A DNA stretch of 64,000 nt from Bacillota bacterium (GTDB lineage Bacteria; Bacillota_I; Bacilli_A; Izemoplasmatales; Hujiaoplasmataceae). Both the position numbers and the translations under genes were made by a program. Positions 10,580-21,117 of the stretch are shown here, piece by piece. Below the pieces are notes generated by a model. The model was not told the DNA's origin, ran no database searches, and worked only from the letters and a program-made list of their open reading frames with translations. The stretch covers positions 1-64,000 of the forward strand of contig JAHIRM010000049.1 in the NCBI GenBank assembly GCA_018818595.1. The letters are read 5' to 3'. Numbering within the stretch: position 1 is the stretch's first letter; every line of letters begins with the position of its first letter.

Positions 10580-10584
10580 GCTTC

Positions 10585-10800
10585 AAAACGATGAAAGAGA
10601 TTAAAGTATTTATATTTTGTATTAGAGAGCTGATGCACGGGTGAAAATCAGTCAAAATAATTTACTTATCTACCTCTGAAGTGATGCCAATCCCATCCGT
10701 AATTCTGCGTTAAAGAATCTGAGTGCTAGTTATCTAGAACAAAGGTGGTACCACGATTAATTTCGCCCTTTACTGTAAAGTGAAGGGTTATTTTTTTTAG
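10585..10800 (+). promoter_or_regulatory. T-box riboswitch leader (tRNA-sensing antiterminator) upstream of serS
   Basis: Stem I AGAGAG/GGTGAAA elements, conserved T-box sequence aaaGGTGGTACCACG at 10741-10755, then a terminator hairpin plus T8 run at about 10766-10798. Confidence 0.75.
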
Positions 10801-10816
10801 AATAAGGAGAAATATA

Positions 10817-12087
10817 ATGTTAGATAAAATTGCAATGAGAGAAAATCCTGAAAAATTTAGACAATTACTTTTAAAAAAGGGAATTGAAGTAGATTTTACT
10901 GAATTTTTACACTGGATAAAAGAAAGAAATAGTTTGATTTTTAAAATGGAAGAACAAAAAGCAAAAAAAAATCAAATATCTGATCAAATATTTGAAATAA
11001 AGAAAAAAAAGATAATCCAAAATCTCTTTTTATCGTTGTAAATGAATTATCATCTTTGATTGATTTAGATGAAAGAAAATTGCGTCAAATTGAAAATGAC
11101 ATTGATTTCTTTGTCTCGAATTTGCCGAATATTCCTGATGAAGATCTTGTTGGCGGAGGACAAGAATTAAATGAAGTGCTTTATTCTTATCTTGAGAAAC
11201 CAGTTTTTCACTTTCCTATCAAAGATCATGTTTTTCTTTGCGAGTCTCTTCATTTGATTGACTACGAAAGAGCCGCTAAAATTTCTGGTAAAGGAACTTG
11301 GATTTATAGAGGAAATGGTGCTATTCTTGAATGGGCATTGCTGAACTTTTTTATTTCTGAACATTTAAAGGATTGTTACGAATTTATATTGCCACCTCAT
11401 ATACTAAATCAAGAAAGTGGATTTGCCGCAGGACAGTTTCCTAAATTTAATCAAGATGTATTTTGGATGGAAGGACAGCAACCTAAAAAGTTTTTGCTTC
11501 CAACGGCTGAAACAGCTTTAATTAATTTGCATCGAAACGAAATTTTAAAAGAGATAGAATTGCCTAAAAAATATTTTGCATATAGTCCTTGCTATCGCCA
11601 AGAGGCAGGAAGTTATAGAACGGAAGAAAGAGGCACCATTAGAGGATATCAATTTAACAAAGTTGAAATGGTACAAATTACAAAACCAGATCAAAGCGAT
11701 AGTGCATTTGTAGAACTTCTTGCAAAAGCCGAAAATTTAATGAAACAATTAGGACTTCACTATAGAGTAAGTAAACTTGCAGCAGGAGACCTTGCTTTTG
11801 CAATGGCAAGGACATATGATATCGAAGTATGGCTTCCTTCTTTAGAAATCTATAAAGAAGTATCCTCTGTTAGCAATGCAAGAGATTTTCAAGCTAGAAG
11901 AGGTATGATTCGTTATAAAGATGCTTTTACCAAAAAGAATGCATACTGCCATACATTAAATGCATCAGGTCTTGCGACAAGTAGATTAATCCCTGCGATT
12001 GTTGAACAATTTCAATTACCGGATGGCTCTGTAAAAATACCTGATGTATTAGTGCCATTTATGAATGGAATATCCATTTTTAAATAA
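10817..12087 (+). pseudogene. serS: seryl-tRNA synthetase interrupted by a frameshift in an A8 homopolymer at 11003-11010
   Basis: ORF 10817-11041 is the SerS N-terminal tRNA-binding arm. ORF 11056-12087 is the class II catalytic core. The upstream frame is open from 10996 and joins as ...EIKKKK/DNPKSLFIVVNELSSLIDLDERKL if the run were A9. Confidence 0.7.
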
Positions 12088-12123
12088 AACTTATATTGTT
12101 AATTCGTTAAAAAAATGGTACAA

Positions 12124-12132
12124 TGTTATAAT
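12124..12132 (+). promoter_or_regulatory. extended -10 element TGTTATAAT upstream of nfeD
   Basis: Perfect TGnTATAAT about 30 nt upstream of the nfeD RBS. Confidence 0.4.
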
Positions 12133-12162
12133 AAATGAAGTAAAGGGAGGCAAGAAATCGAG

Positions 12163-12771
12163 ATGACAATTTGGTGGGAAGGGTTAACAGTTTTTCAACA
12201 AGTGATGTTTGTGATTGCTGTTCCAGCAACAGTTATTATGATTATTTTCATGATTTTAATGTTACTTGGTATAAGTGATACAGAATTTGATGGCTCTGTT
12301 GACATAGATGGAGGAGATATAGATGGAAGTATGGATTCTTTTAATGATGAACCTTTATCTGGATTTAGCGGATTAAAAGTATTAACATTAAGAGGAGTAT
12401 TAGCGTTTTTAAGTATTGGTGCTTGGGTTTCATTTATAGCTTCAAATTATTTAATTCCAATTCTTTCTTTATTAATAGGAATGGCTTGTGGAGCATTAGC
12501 CGCCTACCTTTTAGCTTTGGCTTTTAAAGCAGCGATGAATTTGGAATCTGAGGGCAATTTAAATTATGAAAATGCTATTGGAAAAAACGGAACTGTTTAT
12601 ATTAGAGTTCCAAACAATAAAACAGGAAAAGGGAAAGTCACTTTAACTTTTCAAGAACGATTTGTTGAAGTTGAAGCAGTGACGTTAGAACAAATAGATT
12701 TAATGCCTGGAACCAGTGTTGAAATAACAGGATTGGAAAACGAAACGACAGTAGTCGTAAAAAAAATATAG
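12163..12771 (+). CDS. NfeD-like membrane protein (YuaF family)
   Basis: N-terminal TM helices plus C-terminal OB-fold-like soluble domain; immediately upstream of flotillin. Confidence 0.65.
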   Translation: MTIWWEGLTVFQQVMFVIAVPATVIMIIFMILMLLGISDTEFDGSVDIDGGDIDGSMDSFNDEPLSGFSGLKVLTLRGVLAFLSIGAWVSFIASNYLIPILSLLIGMACGALAAYLLALAFKAAMNLESEGNLNYENAIGKNGTVYIRVPNNKTGKGKVTLTFQERFVEVEAVTLEQIDLMPGTSVEITGLENETTVVVKKI

Positions 12772-12783
12772 AAGGAGATTATT

Positions 12784-14226
12784 ATGTTTAATACTTTTTT
12801 AAAAATTGAAGTCGTAGGATTAATTATTACCATTATTGTCCTGGTATTTACAGTATTAATTTTTATTGTATCAAGAATTAAAAAATGCCCATCTGATAAA
12901 ATTATGGTTGTTTATGGAAAAGTAGGAAATAATTTAGATGGGACGAATAAATCCGCAACTTGTATTCATGGTGGAGCAAGATTTATCTATCCATTTATTC
13001 AAGCATATCAATTTTTAGATTTAACACCAATTTCAATTAGTGTGGATTTAAAAAGTGCACTTTCAAGACAAAATATTAGAATTGATGTACCATCTAGATT
13101 TACAGTAGGTATTTCAACAGAACCTGGAATTATGCAAAATGCTGCTGAAAGATTATTAGGTCTTCAATTACCTGAAGTTCAAGAATTAGCAAAAGACATT
13201 ATTTTCGGACAACTTCGTTTAATTATTGCAACGATGGATATTGAAGAAATCAATACAAATCGAGACAAATTCTTAGAAGCTGTTTCTGATAACGTAGAAA
13301 CAGAACTTAAAAAAATTGGATTAAGACTTATTAACGTTAACGTAACCGATATTAATGATGAATCTGGATACATCGAAGCTTTAGGAAAAGAAGCAGCTGC
13401 TAAAGCAATTAATGATGCAAAAAAATCAGTTGCAGAAAAAAACAGAGATGGTTCAATTGGTGAGGCCAACGCTGTAAGAGACCAAAGAATTCAAGTTGCT
13501 AGTGCTAACTCAACTGCTATTGCAGGTGAAAATGATTCTCTTGGAAAAATTTCTCAATCCAATGCTACCCGAAGAGAAATAGAAGCAGAATCATTAAGAA
13601 GAGCTCAAACCGCAGAAAAAATCGCCGCAGCGAAAGCTTTAGAAGATGCTTATGTTGCAGAACAAAGTGCTGAATTAGCTCGTGCTACCCGTGAAAAAGC
13701 TACTCTTGAAGCAGATGTTTTGGTTCGAACTGAAATTGAGAAGGAAAAATTAGTTATTGAAGCCGAAGCCACTGCAGAGCAATCAAGAAGAAGAGCAAAA
13801 GGTGAAGCAGATGGTAACTTTTCGAAAATGGAAGCTGAAGCAAGAGGTACTTTTGAAGTTCTGTCAAAACAATCCGAAGGATTTATGCTTTTAGTGAAGG
13901 CTGCAGGCGGAAAACCTGATGAAGCTATTAAAATGTTAATTGCTGATAAACTAGAAACTTTAGTTGCTATTCAAGTTGAAGCTATTAAAAATCTTAAGAT
14001 TGATAAAGTTACCGTTTGGGACAGTGGATCTTCTAAAGATGGAACTACCTCAACCGCAAACTTTCTTTCATCCTTAATGAAATCTATTCCACCTATGAAA
14101 GAATTGTTTAATATGGCAGGAATGGAATTACCTAAATATCTAGGAGAAGAACTTAAAACCGAAACAAAAGTCGAAGTGAAAGTTGAAGAACCTAAAATAG
14201 AAGTAGTAAAGAAAGAAGCTAAATAA
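12784..14226 (+). CDS. floT: flotillin (SPFH/band-7 family, FloT/YuaG-like)
   Basis: N-terminal TM, SPFH domain, long Ala/Glu-rich coiled-coil repeat region (EAEA-like). Confidence 0.8.
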   Translation: MFNTFLKIEVVGLIITIIVLVFTVLIFIVSRIKKCPSDKIMVVYGKVGNNLDGTNKSATCIHGGARFIYPFIQAYQFLDLTPISISVDLKSALSRQNIRIDVPSRFTVGISTEPGIMQNAAERLLGLQLPEVQELAKDIIFGQLRLIIATMDIEEINTNRDKFLEAVSDNVETELKKIGLRLINVNVTDINDESGYIEALGKEAAAKAINDAKKSVAEKNRDGSIGEANAVRDQRIQVASANSTAIAGENDSLGKISQSNATRREIEAESLRRAQTAEKIAAAKALEDAYVAEQSAELARATREKATLEADVLVRTEIEKEKLVIEAEATAEQSRRRAKGEADGNFSKMEAEARGTFEVLSKQSEGFMLLVKAAGGKPDEAIKMLIADKLETLVAIQVEAIKNLKIDKVTVWDSGSSKDGTTSTANFLSSLMKSIPPMKELFNMAGMELPKYLGEELKTETKVEVKVEEPKIEVVKKEAK

Positions 14227-14233
14227 ACGAATT

Positions 14234-14270
14234 AAGCCACTATTTATTAAATATAGTGGCTTTTTCTTTT
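14234..14270 (+). terminator. Rho-independent terminator after flotillin
   Basis: gccactat / atagtggc stem followed by a T-run. Confidence 0.6.
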
Positions 14271-14337
14271 TAAGTTTTTATATAGAATAACATGATATAA
14301 TAGAGTAAATGTTTAATATAAAAAAGGATGATATAAA

Positions 14338-14985
14338 ATGAATGAAGTTTGTAAAATTTGTCAATGTGCAACAATAGAGATATATCATCCGATTTTAAAA
14401 GGTAATTATTATTATTGCAAAAATTGTGAATTTATTTCTAAAGACGAAGATAATTTAATATCTGAAGCACAGGAATTAAAAATCTATAATTTTCACAACA
14501 ACAGTTTGGAAAATTTAGGATATGTAACTTTCTTAAAAGAATTTGTTAACCATTCCGTATTACCGTTTGCAAATGGTAAAAAGGTGTTAGATTTTGGAAG
14601 TGGTCCTACACCAGTATTAGCTCATATATTAAAAGAAGACTATGATTTTGAAGTTGAAATATATGATCTGTTTTTTTCACCATTAAAAGTGTATGAAACC
14701 CAAAAATACGATGTAATTACCTCAACTGAAGTCATTGAACATTTACAAAATCCGTTAATTTATTTTGCTTTATTTAAATCACTCTTAGCTAAAGATGGCA
14801 TTCTTTCAATTATGACCTTATTTCATCCAAATGATGAAGATAAATTTATTGATTGGTATTATATAAGAGATCATAGTCATATATCATTTTATACAACGAA
14901 AACAATCGAATTTATAGCAAAAAAAAATGGGCTTAAAATGATATATACAAATAATCATCGTTACATTACTCTTCAAAACAAATAG
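14338..14985 (+). CDS. class I SAM-dependent methyltransferase with N-terminal C4 zinc ribbon
   Basis: CKICQC...CKNCEF zinc ribbon; motif I VLDFGSGPT followed by an acidic residue. Confidence 0.55.
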   Translation: MNEVCKICQCATIEIYHPILKGNYYYCKNCEFISKDEDNLISEAQELKIYNFHNNSLENLGYVTFLKEFVNHSVLPFANGKKVLDFGSGPTPVLAHILKEDYDFEVEIYDLFFSPLKVYETQKYDVITSTEVIEHLQNPLIYFALFKSLLAKDGILSIMTLFHPNDEDKFIDWYYIRDHSHISFYTTKTIEFIAKKNGLKMIYTNNHRYITLQNK

Positions 14986-15017
14986 TATTTAGCGCTTTTG
15001 AAAGCATTTAATGAATC

Positions 15018-15048
15018 ATGACATACTGAAAATGTATGTCATTTTTTA
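15018..15048 (+). terminator. Rho-independent terminator
   Basis: catgacatac-tgaaaat-gtatgtcat stem-loop plus T6. Confidence 0.6.
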
Positions 15049-15231
15049 TTGTAAAATTTAAAATTACAATATATTTATTAACAAAATCAATAAAATTCGA
15101 TATGGATTTTAATATTTTTTAATATTTTATTAAAAAAATAAAATAACACTTGCAATTATCAACATAAATTAATATAATTAATATTGTAATTGACATTGTT
15201 AATAAAAAACGGATGAAAGATGGTGTAAATA

Positions 15232-16584
15232 ATGTTAAAGTACAATTATATTAAAGACAAAAACTTTTTGCTATTATTTTTCGGAAATTTAGTTAGTGGA
15301 ATCGGTAGTCGAATATATGGGTTTGGAATTGCATTGTTTTTGCTTGACCTGACAGGGAAAGCAACCGTGACTGCAACCTACATTGGAATTTGGTCCTTCA
15401 TTGTTTTCCTATGTGGACCCATTGCAGCAACTTTCACGGATAAATGGAAAAAGAAAGTCAAAGTACTTTATCTTACCGATTTTGGTCGAGGAATCATCTA
15501 TATATCTGTTGGATTACTTGTTTCCTATTTTATGAAAACAAATAACACATCAATGATTTTAGTTGTTATTTATTCAGCGTTATTCTTTATTGCAATTCAA
15601 AGCGCCTTTTTTGCACCAGCTACTACCGCTTTGATTCCTCAATTAGTTGAAAAAAATGAATTAGTGTCTGCAAGTTCTATTATGCAAATAACAAGAAGCG
15701 TTCAAACTATTGCAGGGTTACTATTTGGTGCAGTACTTTATTTGAATTTTGGAATTGTTCTTTTAATGGTCATTAATGGAATTAGTTTTATCTTGTCTGC
15801 AATTTCAGAAATGTTCATTAAATACGATACTCCTAAAAATTTAGATCGAATAATTTTAGCAGAAAATAATAATGTAAATAAAGATAGAGTTCAAAATTCT
15901 AATTCGAAAATCGGAAAAATTATTGAACACATCTATGTTGAAATCAAAGAAGCAGTTCGTTACATTTTTCATGAAGGAAAACCAATACTTATGATAACTT
16001 TAATAGTTTTAGTAAGTACTACCCTTACTGCGCCATGGTTTAGTGTGGGAGTCCCATATATGATTAAAGAGTATTTTACGTTTGATGGAGTAATAGCTCC
16101 TGAATATCTGCTTGCATTATCAGAATTTGCTGAAAGCATTGGAATTATCATCTTAAGCATTGTAATTAGTATAATTGCAAGCAAATTCAAGATATATCAA
16201 TTGTTTCGAATCGGAGGCAGTTTATTCATTTTATTAGCTTTTTTATATTATATGATAATTCGTTCTTTTGATGTGGAAATTATTACCATTAATATGTTTA
16301 TTATAGGTTTTATATTGATTAATTTTATGGCAGGATCTATTAATGCTATTGTCAATGCCCCGCTTCAAGCATCGATGCAAAAGTATATTGAACCAGATAA
16401 AATAGGAAAAGTTAGTATGCTAATTGATTGTATAGGTGGAATATTATTTCCAATTACGGCATTGCTTGCAGGATTCTTTATAGATAATTACAGCATTTAT
16501 TATCCTTTAGCAATGATGATTGCTGGAATGGTAATTATTACATTGATTGCTTTTAGGAGTAAAGAACTAAAAAAATTAACTTAA
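15232..16584 (+). CDS. MFS transporter
   Basis: 450 aa, 12-14 predicted TM helices, MFS-like arrangement. Confidence 0.65.
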   Translation: MLKYNYIKDKNFLLLFFGNLVSGIGSRIYGFGIALFLLDLTGKATVTATYIGIWSFIVFLCGPIAATFTDKWKKKVKVLYLTDFGRGIIYISVGLLVSYFMKTNNTSMILVVIYSALFFIAIQSAFFAPATTALIPQLVEKNELVSASSIMQITRSVQTIAGLLFGAVLYLNFGIVLLMVINGISFILSAISEMFIKYDTPKNLDRIILAENNNVNKDRVQNSNSKIGKIIEHIYVEIKEAVRYIFHEGKPILMITLIVLVSTTLTAPWFSVGVPYMIKEYFTFDGVIAPEYLLALSEFAESIGIIILSIVISIIASKFKIYQLFRIGGSLFILLAFLYYMIIRSFDVEIITINMFIIGFILINFMAGSINAIVNAPLQASMQKYIEPDKIGKVSMLIDCIGGILFPITALLAGFFIDNYSIYYPLAMMIAGMVIITLIAFRSKELKKLT

Positions 16585-16602
16585 AAATTATATATCCTAT
16601 AG

Positions 16603-16655
16603 AAATAAAAACACCACTAGAAGCAATTCATTGCTTTCAAAATGGTGTTTTTATT
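16603..16655. terminator. bidirectional terminator between the MFS gene (+) and pdxT (-)
   Basis: aaaacacc/ggtgtttt outer stem with a nested aagcaat/attgctt hairpin; T-runs on both strands. Confidence 0.55.
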
Positions 16656-16660
16656 ATTTG

Positions 16661-17236
16661 CTAATTTAAAGAAGCGTTTTTACACATTGTTATAAAATAT
16701 TCGTGAATTGTTGTATCATCAGTTAATTCAGGATGAAAAGCTGTTGCTAATTGATTGTTTTGTCTTGCAGCAACAATTAATCCATTAACGGTAGATAATA
16801 TCGTTACATCTGGTGAAACTGACTCAATGTATGGCGCTCTAATGAAAATCATTGGAATGGTTTTGCCTTCAAATAGATCAAACGCTTTAAAACTGCCAAG
16901 TTGTCTTCCAAATGCATTTCGTTTTACCGTGACATGCATTGTTTTAAATACAGTTCTTTCATCATTTGAGATTTCATTTGCTAGTAATAATAAGCCTGCA
17001 CAAGTGCCAAATACAGGCAATCCAGCTTGAATCAAATCAAAAAGTTTATCAAAAAGTTGTAAATCAGTTATCAATTTTTTCATAACGGTGCTTTCGCCAC
17101 CCGGTAAAATTAAACCATCCATTTTTGTGTCTAAATCTTTTCGTTGTCTAATTTCAAAATGAGATATGTTAAGTTTGTCAAGTGTGTCAGCGTGTTCTTT
17201 AAATGCTCCTTGAACAGCAAGTATTCCGATTTTCAT
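16661..17236 (-). CDS. pdxT: pyridoxal 5'-phosphate synthase glutaminase subunit
   Basis: Class I glutamine amidotransferase with Cys-His-Glu triad (GTCAG context). Confidence 0.9.
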   Translation of the reverse strand: MKIGILAVQGAFKEHADTLDKLNISHFEIRQRKDLDTKMDGLILPGGESTVMKKLITDLQLFDKLFDLIQAGLPVFGTCAGLLLLANEISNDERTVFKTMHVTVKRNAFGRQLGSFKAFDLFEGKTIPMIFIRAPYIESVSPDVTILSTVNGLIVAARQNNQLATAFHPELTDDTTIHEYFITMCKNASLN

Positions 17237-17239
17237 GCA

Positions 17240-18115
17240 TTATTCTCCTCTGTTTGCCATTAATAATGCAATTTCGCTTTCGTTGATACCAACCATTGCT
17301 TCTCCAATGTCTTCAGATAAAGAAGCAAGAAGTTTAGCGTCGTTAAAGTTGGTTACCGCTTGAACGATAGCACGTGCTCTTTTGGCAGGATTTCCAGATT
17401 TAAAGATTCCTGATCCCACAAAGACACCTTCAGCACCTAGTTTCATCATTAAAGCAGCATCAGCAGGAGTTGCAATTCCGCCTGCAGCAAAGTTTACAAC
17501 AGGAAGTTTTCCGAATTCATGAACATATTTTAATAAGTGAATAGGAACTTGTAATTCTTTTGCGGCATTAAATAATTCGTCTTCTCTTAAAGAAGAAATT
17601 CTTCTCATTTCACTTTGAATTAAACGCATATGTCTTACTGCTTGAATGATATCACCGGTTCCAGGTTCGCCTTTTGTACGAATCATAGAAGCCCCTTCAT
17701 CAATTCGTCTTAAAGCCTCTCCTAAATTCTTCGCTCCACAAACAAATGGAACATTGAAATTCGTTTTATCAATATGATAAATATCATCTGCAGGAGATAA
17801 CACTTCGGATTCATCGATGTAATCAATTTCAAGGGCTTCCAGAATTTCCGCTTCAACAAAATGTCCAATTCGAACTTTTGCCATGACAGGAATGGACACA
17901 GCAGCTTGAATTTCTTTAATGAGTTTTGGATCACTCATTCTAGATACTCCTCCAACTTTTCGGATATCTGCTGGGATTCTTTCTAAAGCCATAACTGCAC
18001 AAGCTCCAGCTTCTTCAGCAATTTTAGCTTGTTGTGCTGAAGTAACGTCCATAATTACTCCGCCTTTTAACATTTGAGCAAGTTCTTTGTTTAGTTCATA
18101 ACGTTTATTATCCAT
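17240..18115 (-). CDS. pdxS: pyridoxal 5'-phosphate synthase lyase subunit
   Basis: Highly conserved PdxS/SNZ sequence (GGVIMDV, the GEPGTG motif). Confidence 0.9.
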   Translation of the reverse strand: MDNKRYELNKELAQMLKGGVIMDVTSAQQAKIAEEAGACAVMALERIPADIRKVGGVSRMSDPKLIKEIQAAVSIPVMAKVRIGHFVEAEILEALEIDYIDESEVLSPADDIYHIDKTNFNVPFVCGAKNLGEALRRIDEGASMIRTKGEPGTGDIIQAVRHMRLIQSEMRRISSLREDELFNAAKELQVPIHLLKYVHEFGKLPVVNFAAGGIATPADAALMMKLGAEGVFVGSGIFKSGNPAKRARAIVQAVTNFNDAKLLASLSEDIGEAMVGINESEIALLMANRGE

Positions 18116-18134
18116 AATTCTTTCTCCTTTGATA

Positions 18135-18163
18135 TTGACAATTTGTCATTAATTGATTATATT
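18135..18163 (+). promoter_or_regulatory. candidate promoter TTGACA-17-TATATT for pdxR in the divergent pdxS/pdxR intergenic region
   Basis: Hexamer match and spacing. Confidence 0.4.
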
Positions 18164-18231
18164 ATAGATGAAACTGATATTAAGTAAATACTCAGTTTGC
18201 ATTATTTTAATAAGGTCAGTTTGGAGAAAAT

Positions 18232-19653
18232 ATGATAACAATCTTTTTTAACAGAGAATCAAAAATTCCGATGTATGAACAGCTGTACCGTTATATCAAA
18301 AAACTAATTCATTTAAATGAATTGTTTGCCAATGAAAAAATGCCTTCTAAAAGGAAACTAGCAACGCATTTAAAAATTAGTCAAGTGACTGTTGAGTCTG
18401 CTTATCAACAATTACTCGCTGAAGGATATTTGCGTTCCATCCCAAAAAGCGGATTTTATGTAGAACCATCTGTGCATCATTTTTTTGATGATCATAGCCA
18501 ACCTAAAGAGGAAACAACCTCACAAAAGCCAAAAAAGGAAATATATCTTTATGATTTTAAAACGAATGTAGTTGATTCAAGAAATTCACCTTATAATTCT
18601 TGGGTGAAACTTGAAAAAGAAGTTGTATTAGAAACTCAAATTGATTTAATAAATCAAATGGATTCTCAAGGAGTGAAGCCTTTAAGAGAACAAATTGCTT
18701 CCTATTTGTATCAATTTAGAGGAATCAAAACAACGCCTGATCGGATAATTGTAGGAGCAGGTTCAGAATTTCTGATTGGACTTTTGATTTTAATTTTAGG
18801 AAAAGAAAGTGAATATGCACTAGAAGATCCTGGTTACACAAAAATTCAAAAGTTATATCAAGCATATGGAGCGAAAACAAATTATATTTTTCTAGATGAA
18901 CAAGGATTTAGTTTGGAATTACTAAAACAAACAAAAGCTAACATTATTCACGTGTCACCAAGTCATCAATTTCCTTCTGGAAAAGTCATTCCCATTGCAA
19001 GAAGAATTGCGCTTTTAAAATGGGCTCAAGAAAAAGACAACCGATATATTATTGAAGATGATTATGATAGTGAATTTCGTTTCTCAGGAAATCCAATTCC
19101 TGCGATGCAAGGGTTAGATTATAATGGGAAAGTGATTTATTTAAACTCGTTTTCAAAGAGCATAGCTCCAACATTACGAATTAGTTTTATGGTCTTGCCA
19201 GAATCCTTATTGCATGAGTACAACACAAAGTTTAAATTCATTTCAAATACAGTGCCAGTTTTGAATCAACTTATCTTAAGTCGTTTTATTGAAAAAGGGT
19301 TATTTGAGCGACATTTAAATAAAATGAAAGGAATTTACAAAGAAAAAAGAAATACTTTTATTGAATTGATTAAACATAGTAAATTTGGGCCAGTTTGCAA
19401 AGTAATTGGAGAAGAAGCAGGCCTTCATTTTTTACTGGAATTTCCCAATAATGTATCGGAAGAATGGCTTATTGAACGTGCGAAAAAAGAAAAAATTCGT
19501 ATTTATGGATTAAAAGAATATTTTAATTGTAAAACCAATCGACCGGAATTTCCAGCAATTGTCATGGGTTACTCTAATTTTCTTGAAAATGACTTTATCA
19601 GTGCAATTAAACTTTTAGAAAGGGCGTGGAAAAAAACGTATGAAATCATTTAA
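18232..19653 (+). CDS. pdxR: MocR/GabR-family PLP-dependent transcriptional regulator (PdxR-like)
   Basis: N-terminal GntR-type HTH plus class I aminotransferase-like domain; divergent from pdxST. Confidence 0.8.
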   Translation: MITIFFNRESKIPMYEQLYRYIKKLIHLNELFANEKMPSKRKLATHLKISQVTVESAYQQLLAEGYLRSIPKSGFYVEPSVHHFFDDHSQPKEETTSQKPKKEIYLYDFKTNVVDSRNSPYNSWVKLEKEVVLETQIDLINQMDSQGVKPLREQIASYLYQFRGIKTTPDRIIVGAGSEFLIGLLILILGKESEYALEDPGYTKIQKLYQAYGAKTNYIFLDEQGFSLELLKQTKANIIHVSPSHQFPSGKVIPIARRIALLKWAQEKDNRYIIEDDYDSEFRFSGNPIPAMQGLDYNGKVIYLNSFSKSIAPTLRISFMVLPESLLHEYNTKFKFISNTVPVLNQLILSRFIEKGLFERHLNKMKGIYKEKRNTFIELIKHSKFGPVCKVIGEEAGLHFLLEFPNNVSEEWLIERAKKEKIRIYGLKEYFNCKTNRPEFPAIVMGYSNFLENDFISAIKLLERAWKKTYEII

Positions 19654-20158
19654 ATTAATTAAATTAAATGAGCAACATAAAGAGAAATATCTAGAGTATG
19701 TCAAAGACTGGAAAGACGAAAAAATGTCTCCATTTACTTCTAGAATGTTTGGGTTGCCTTTTGAAACGTATTTAGAACTTTTAGAAAAACAAGAAAACAT
19801 AGAAACGGTAAAAATAGGATATATGCCGTCTTCAACGTTTGTTTTTGTTGACGAAGAGGAAGAAATTTATGGTGTTGTAAACATCAGGCATCAATTAAAT
19901 GAGTTGCTAACCAATATAGGAGGGCATATAGGATACGGGATTAAACCATCAAAACGAAGATTAGGTTATGCTAAAATCATGTTAAATTTAGCACTTCTTG
20001 AAGCGAAAAATAGAGGGATTGACAAAGCACTACTTATTTGCAATAAAGATAATTTGCCTTCCAAAAAAACAATTGAAAGATGTGGGGGTCTTTTTGAGAA
20101 TGAGTTTATAGAAGAAAACAAAAATGTAGTTTTAAGATATTGGATTGAAGTTAAATAG
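19640..20158 (+). CDS. GNAT family N-acetyltransferase
   Basis: 172 aa with acetyl-CoA-binding-like GYGIKPSKRRLGYAK motif; overlaps the pdxR end by 14 nt. Confidence 0.55.
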   Translation: MKSFKLIKLNEQHKEKYLEYVKDWKDEKMSPFTSRMFGLPFETYLELLEKQENIETVKIGYMPSSTFVFVDEEEEIYGVVNIRHQLNELLTNIGGHIGYGIKPSKRRLGYAKIMLNLALLEAKNRGIDKALLICNKDNLPSKKTIERCGGLFENEFIEENKNVVLRYWIEVK

Positions 20159-20244
20159 TCTTTATTAATTTTTTATATCATGGTAAAATAAGAAATGTCT
20201 ATTTTTATACTATAAGTAAAATTTTAAAGGAACTGAGGGATAAC

Positions 20245-21117
20245 ATGAATGTAATTGAAATCAAAGAGCTAAATAAATACTATGGAACTTCTCGAGGATT
20301 AGAAGAAGCTACATTTGAAGTACAAGAAGGGGAAATCTTTGGTTTTGTGGGGCCTAATGGAGCTGGGAAAACTACCTTGATTCGCGTATTACTTGGCTTA
20401 ATTCAAAAATCAAAAGGATATGCAAGTATTTTTGGAGAAGAAATAAATGAAGAATCTTGGCAAATAAATGATGATATTGGTTATCTTCCAAGTGAAGCTT
20501 TTTTCTTTCCAGAAATGAAGGTAATGGAAGTATTAACCTTCTATAAAAACATGAGAAAAGTTTCAGATTCAAAAATGCTTGAATTAATCGATTTATTTGA
20601 TTTAGATATTAATAAAATAGTAAGTCAACTCTCTTTTGGAAATAAAAAGAAATTAGGAATAGTAGTTGCATTACTACACGAACCTAAATTACTTATTTTA
20701 GATGAACCAACTACAGGCCTTGATCCACTCATGCAACAAACATTTCTTAACTTTTTACTTGAAGAAAAGAAAAAAGGAGTTACCGTTTTTTTATCCAGTC
20801 ATGTATTAAGTGAAGTTGAAAAAGTTTGTGATAGAGTCGCTTTGATTCGTGATGGTGTTGTTAGTTTTATTTTCAAAATGAGTGAAATCAATATAAAAGA
20901 ACATAAAAAGATAATTTTATCTCCTCCAATGTTAGATCAAAACATTCCTGGATTGATTTTAACCAAAACAATTGATAATGAAGCTTTTTACGATTACGAA
21001 GGTAACATCAATACGTTGATTCAAAGTGTTGGTCTTCAGTCTTTTCAAAATATTACCATTCGCGATGCTTCCTTAGAAGAAATTGTATTAAAATACTACA
21101 AGAAGGAGTTGGAATAA
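20245..21117 (+). CDS. ABC transporter ATP-binding protein
   Basis: Walker A GPNGAGKTT, signature LSFGNKKK, Walker B LLILDEP. Confidence 0.85.
   Translation: MNVIEIKELNKYYGTSRGLEEATFEVQEGEIFGFVGPNGAGKTTLIRVLLGLIQKSKGYASIFGEEINEESWQINDDIGYLPSEAFFFPEMKVMEVLTFYKNMRKVSDSKMLELIDLFDLDINKIVSQLSFGNKKKLGIVVALLHEPKLLILDEPTTGLDPLMQQTFLNFLLEEKKKGVTVFLSSHVLSEVEKVCDRVALIRDGVVSFIFKMSEINIKEHKKIILSPPMLDQNIPGLILTKTIDNEAFYDYEGNINTLIQSVGLQSFQNITIRDASLEEIVLKYYKKELE

Noticed and set aside
10817-11041. Standalone 74-aa protein
   Set aside because: It is the N-terminal tRNA-binding arm of SerS, severed from the catalytic core by the A8 frameshift, and not an independent small gene.
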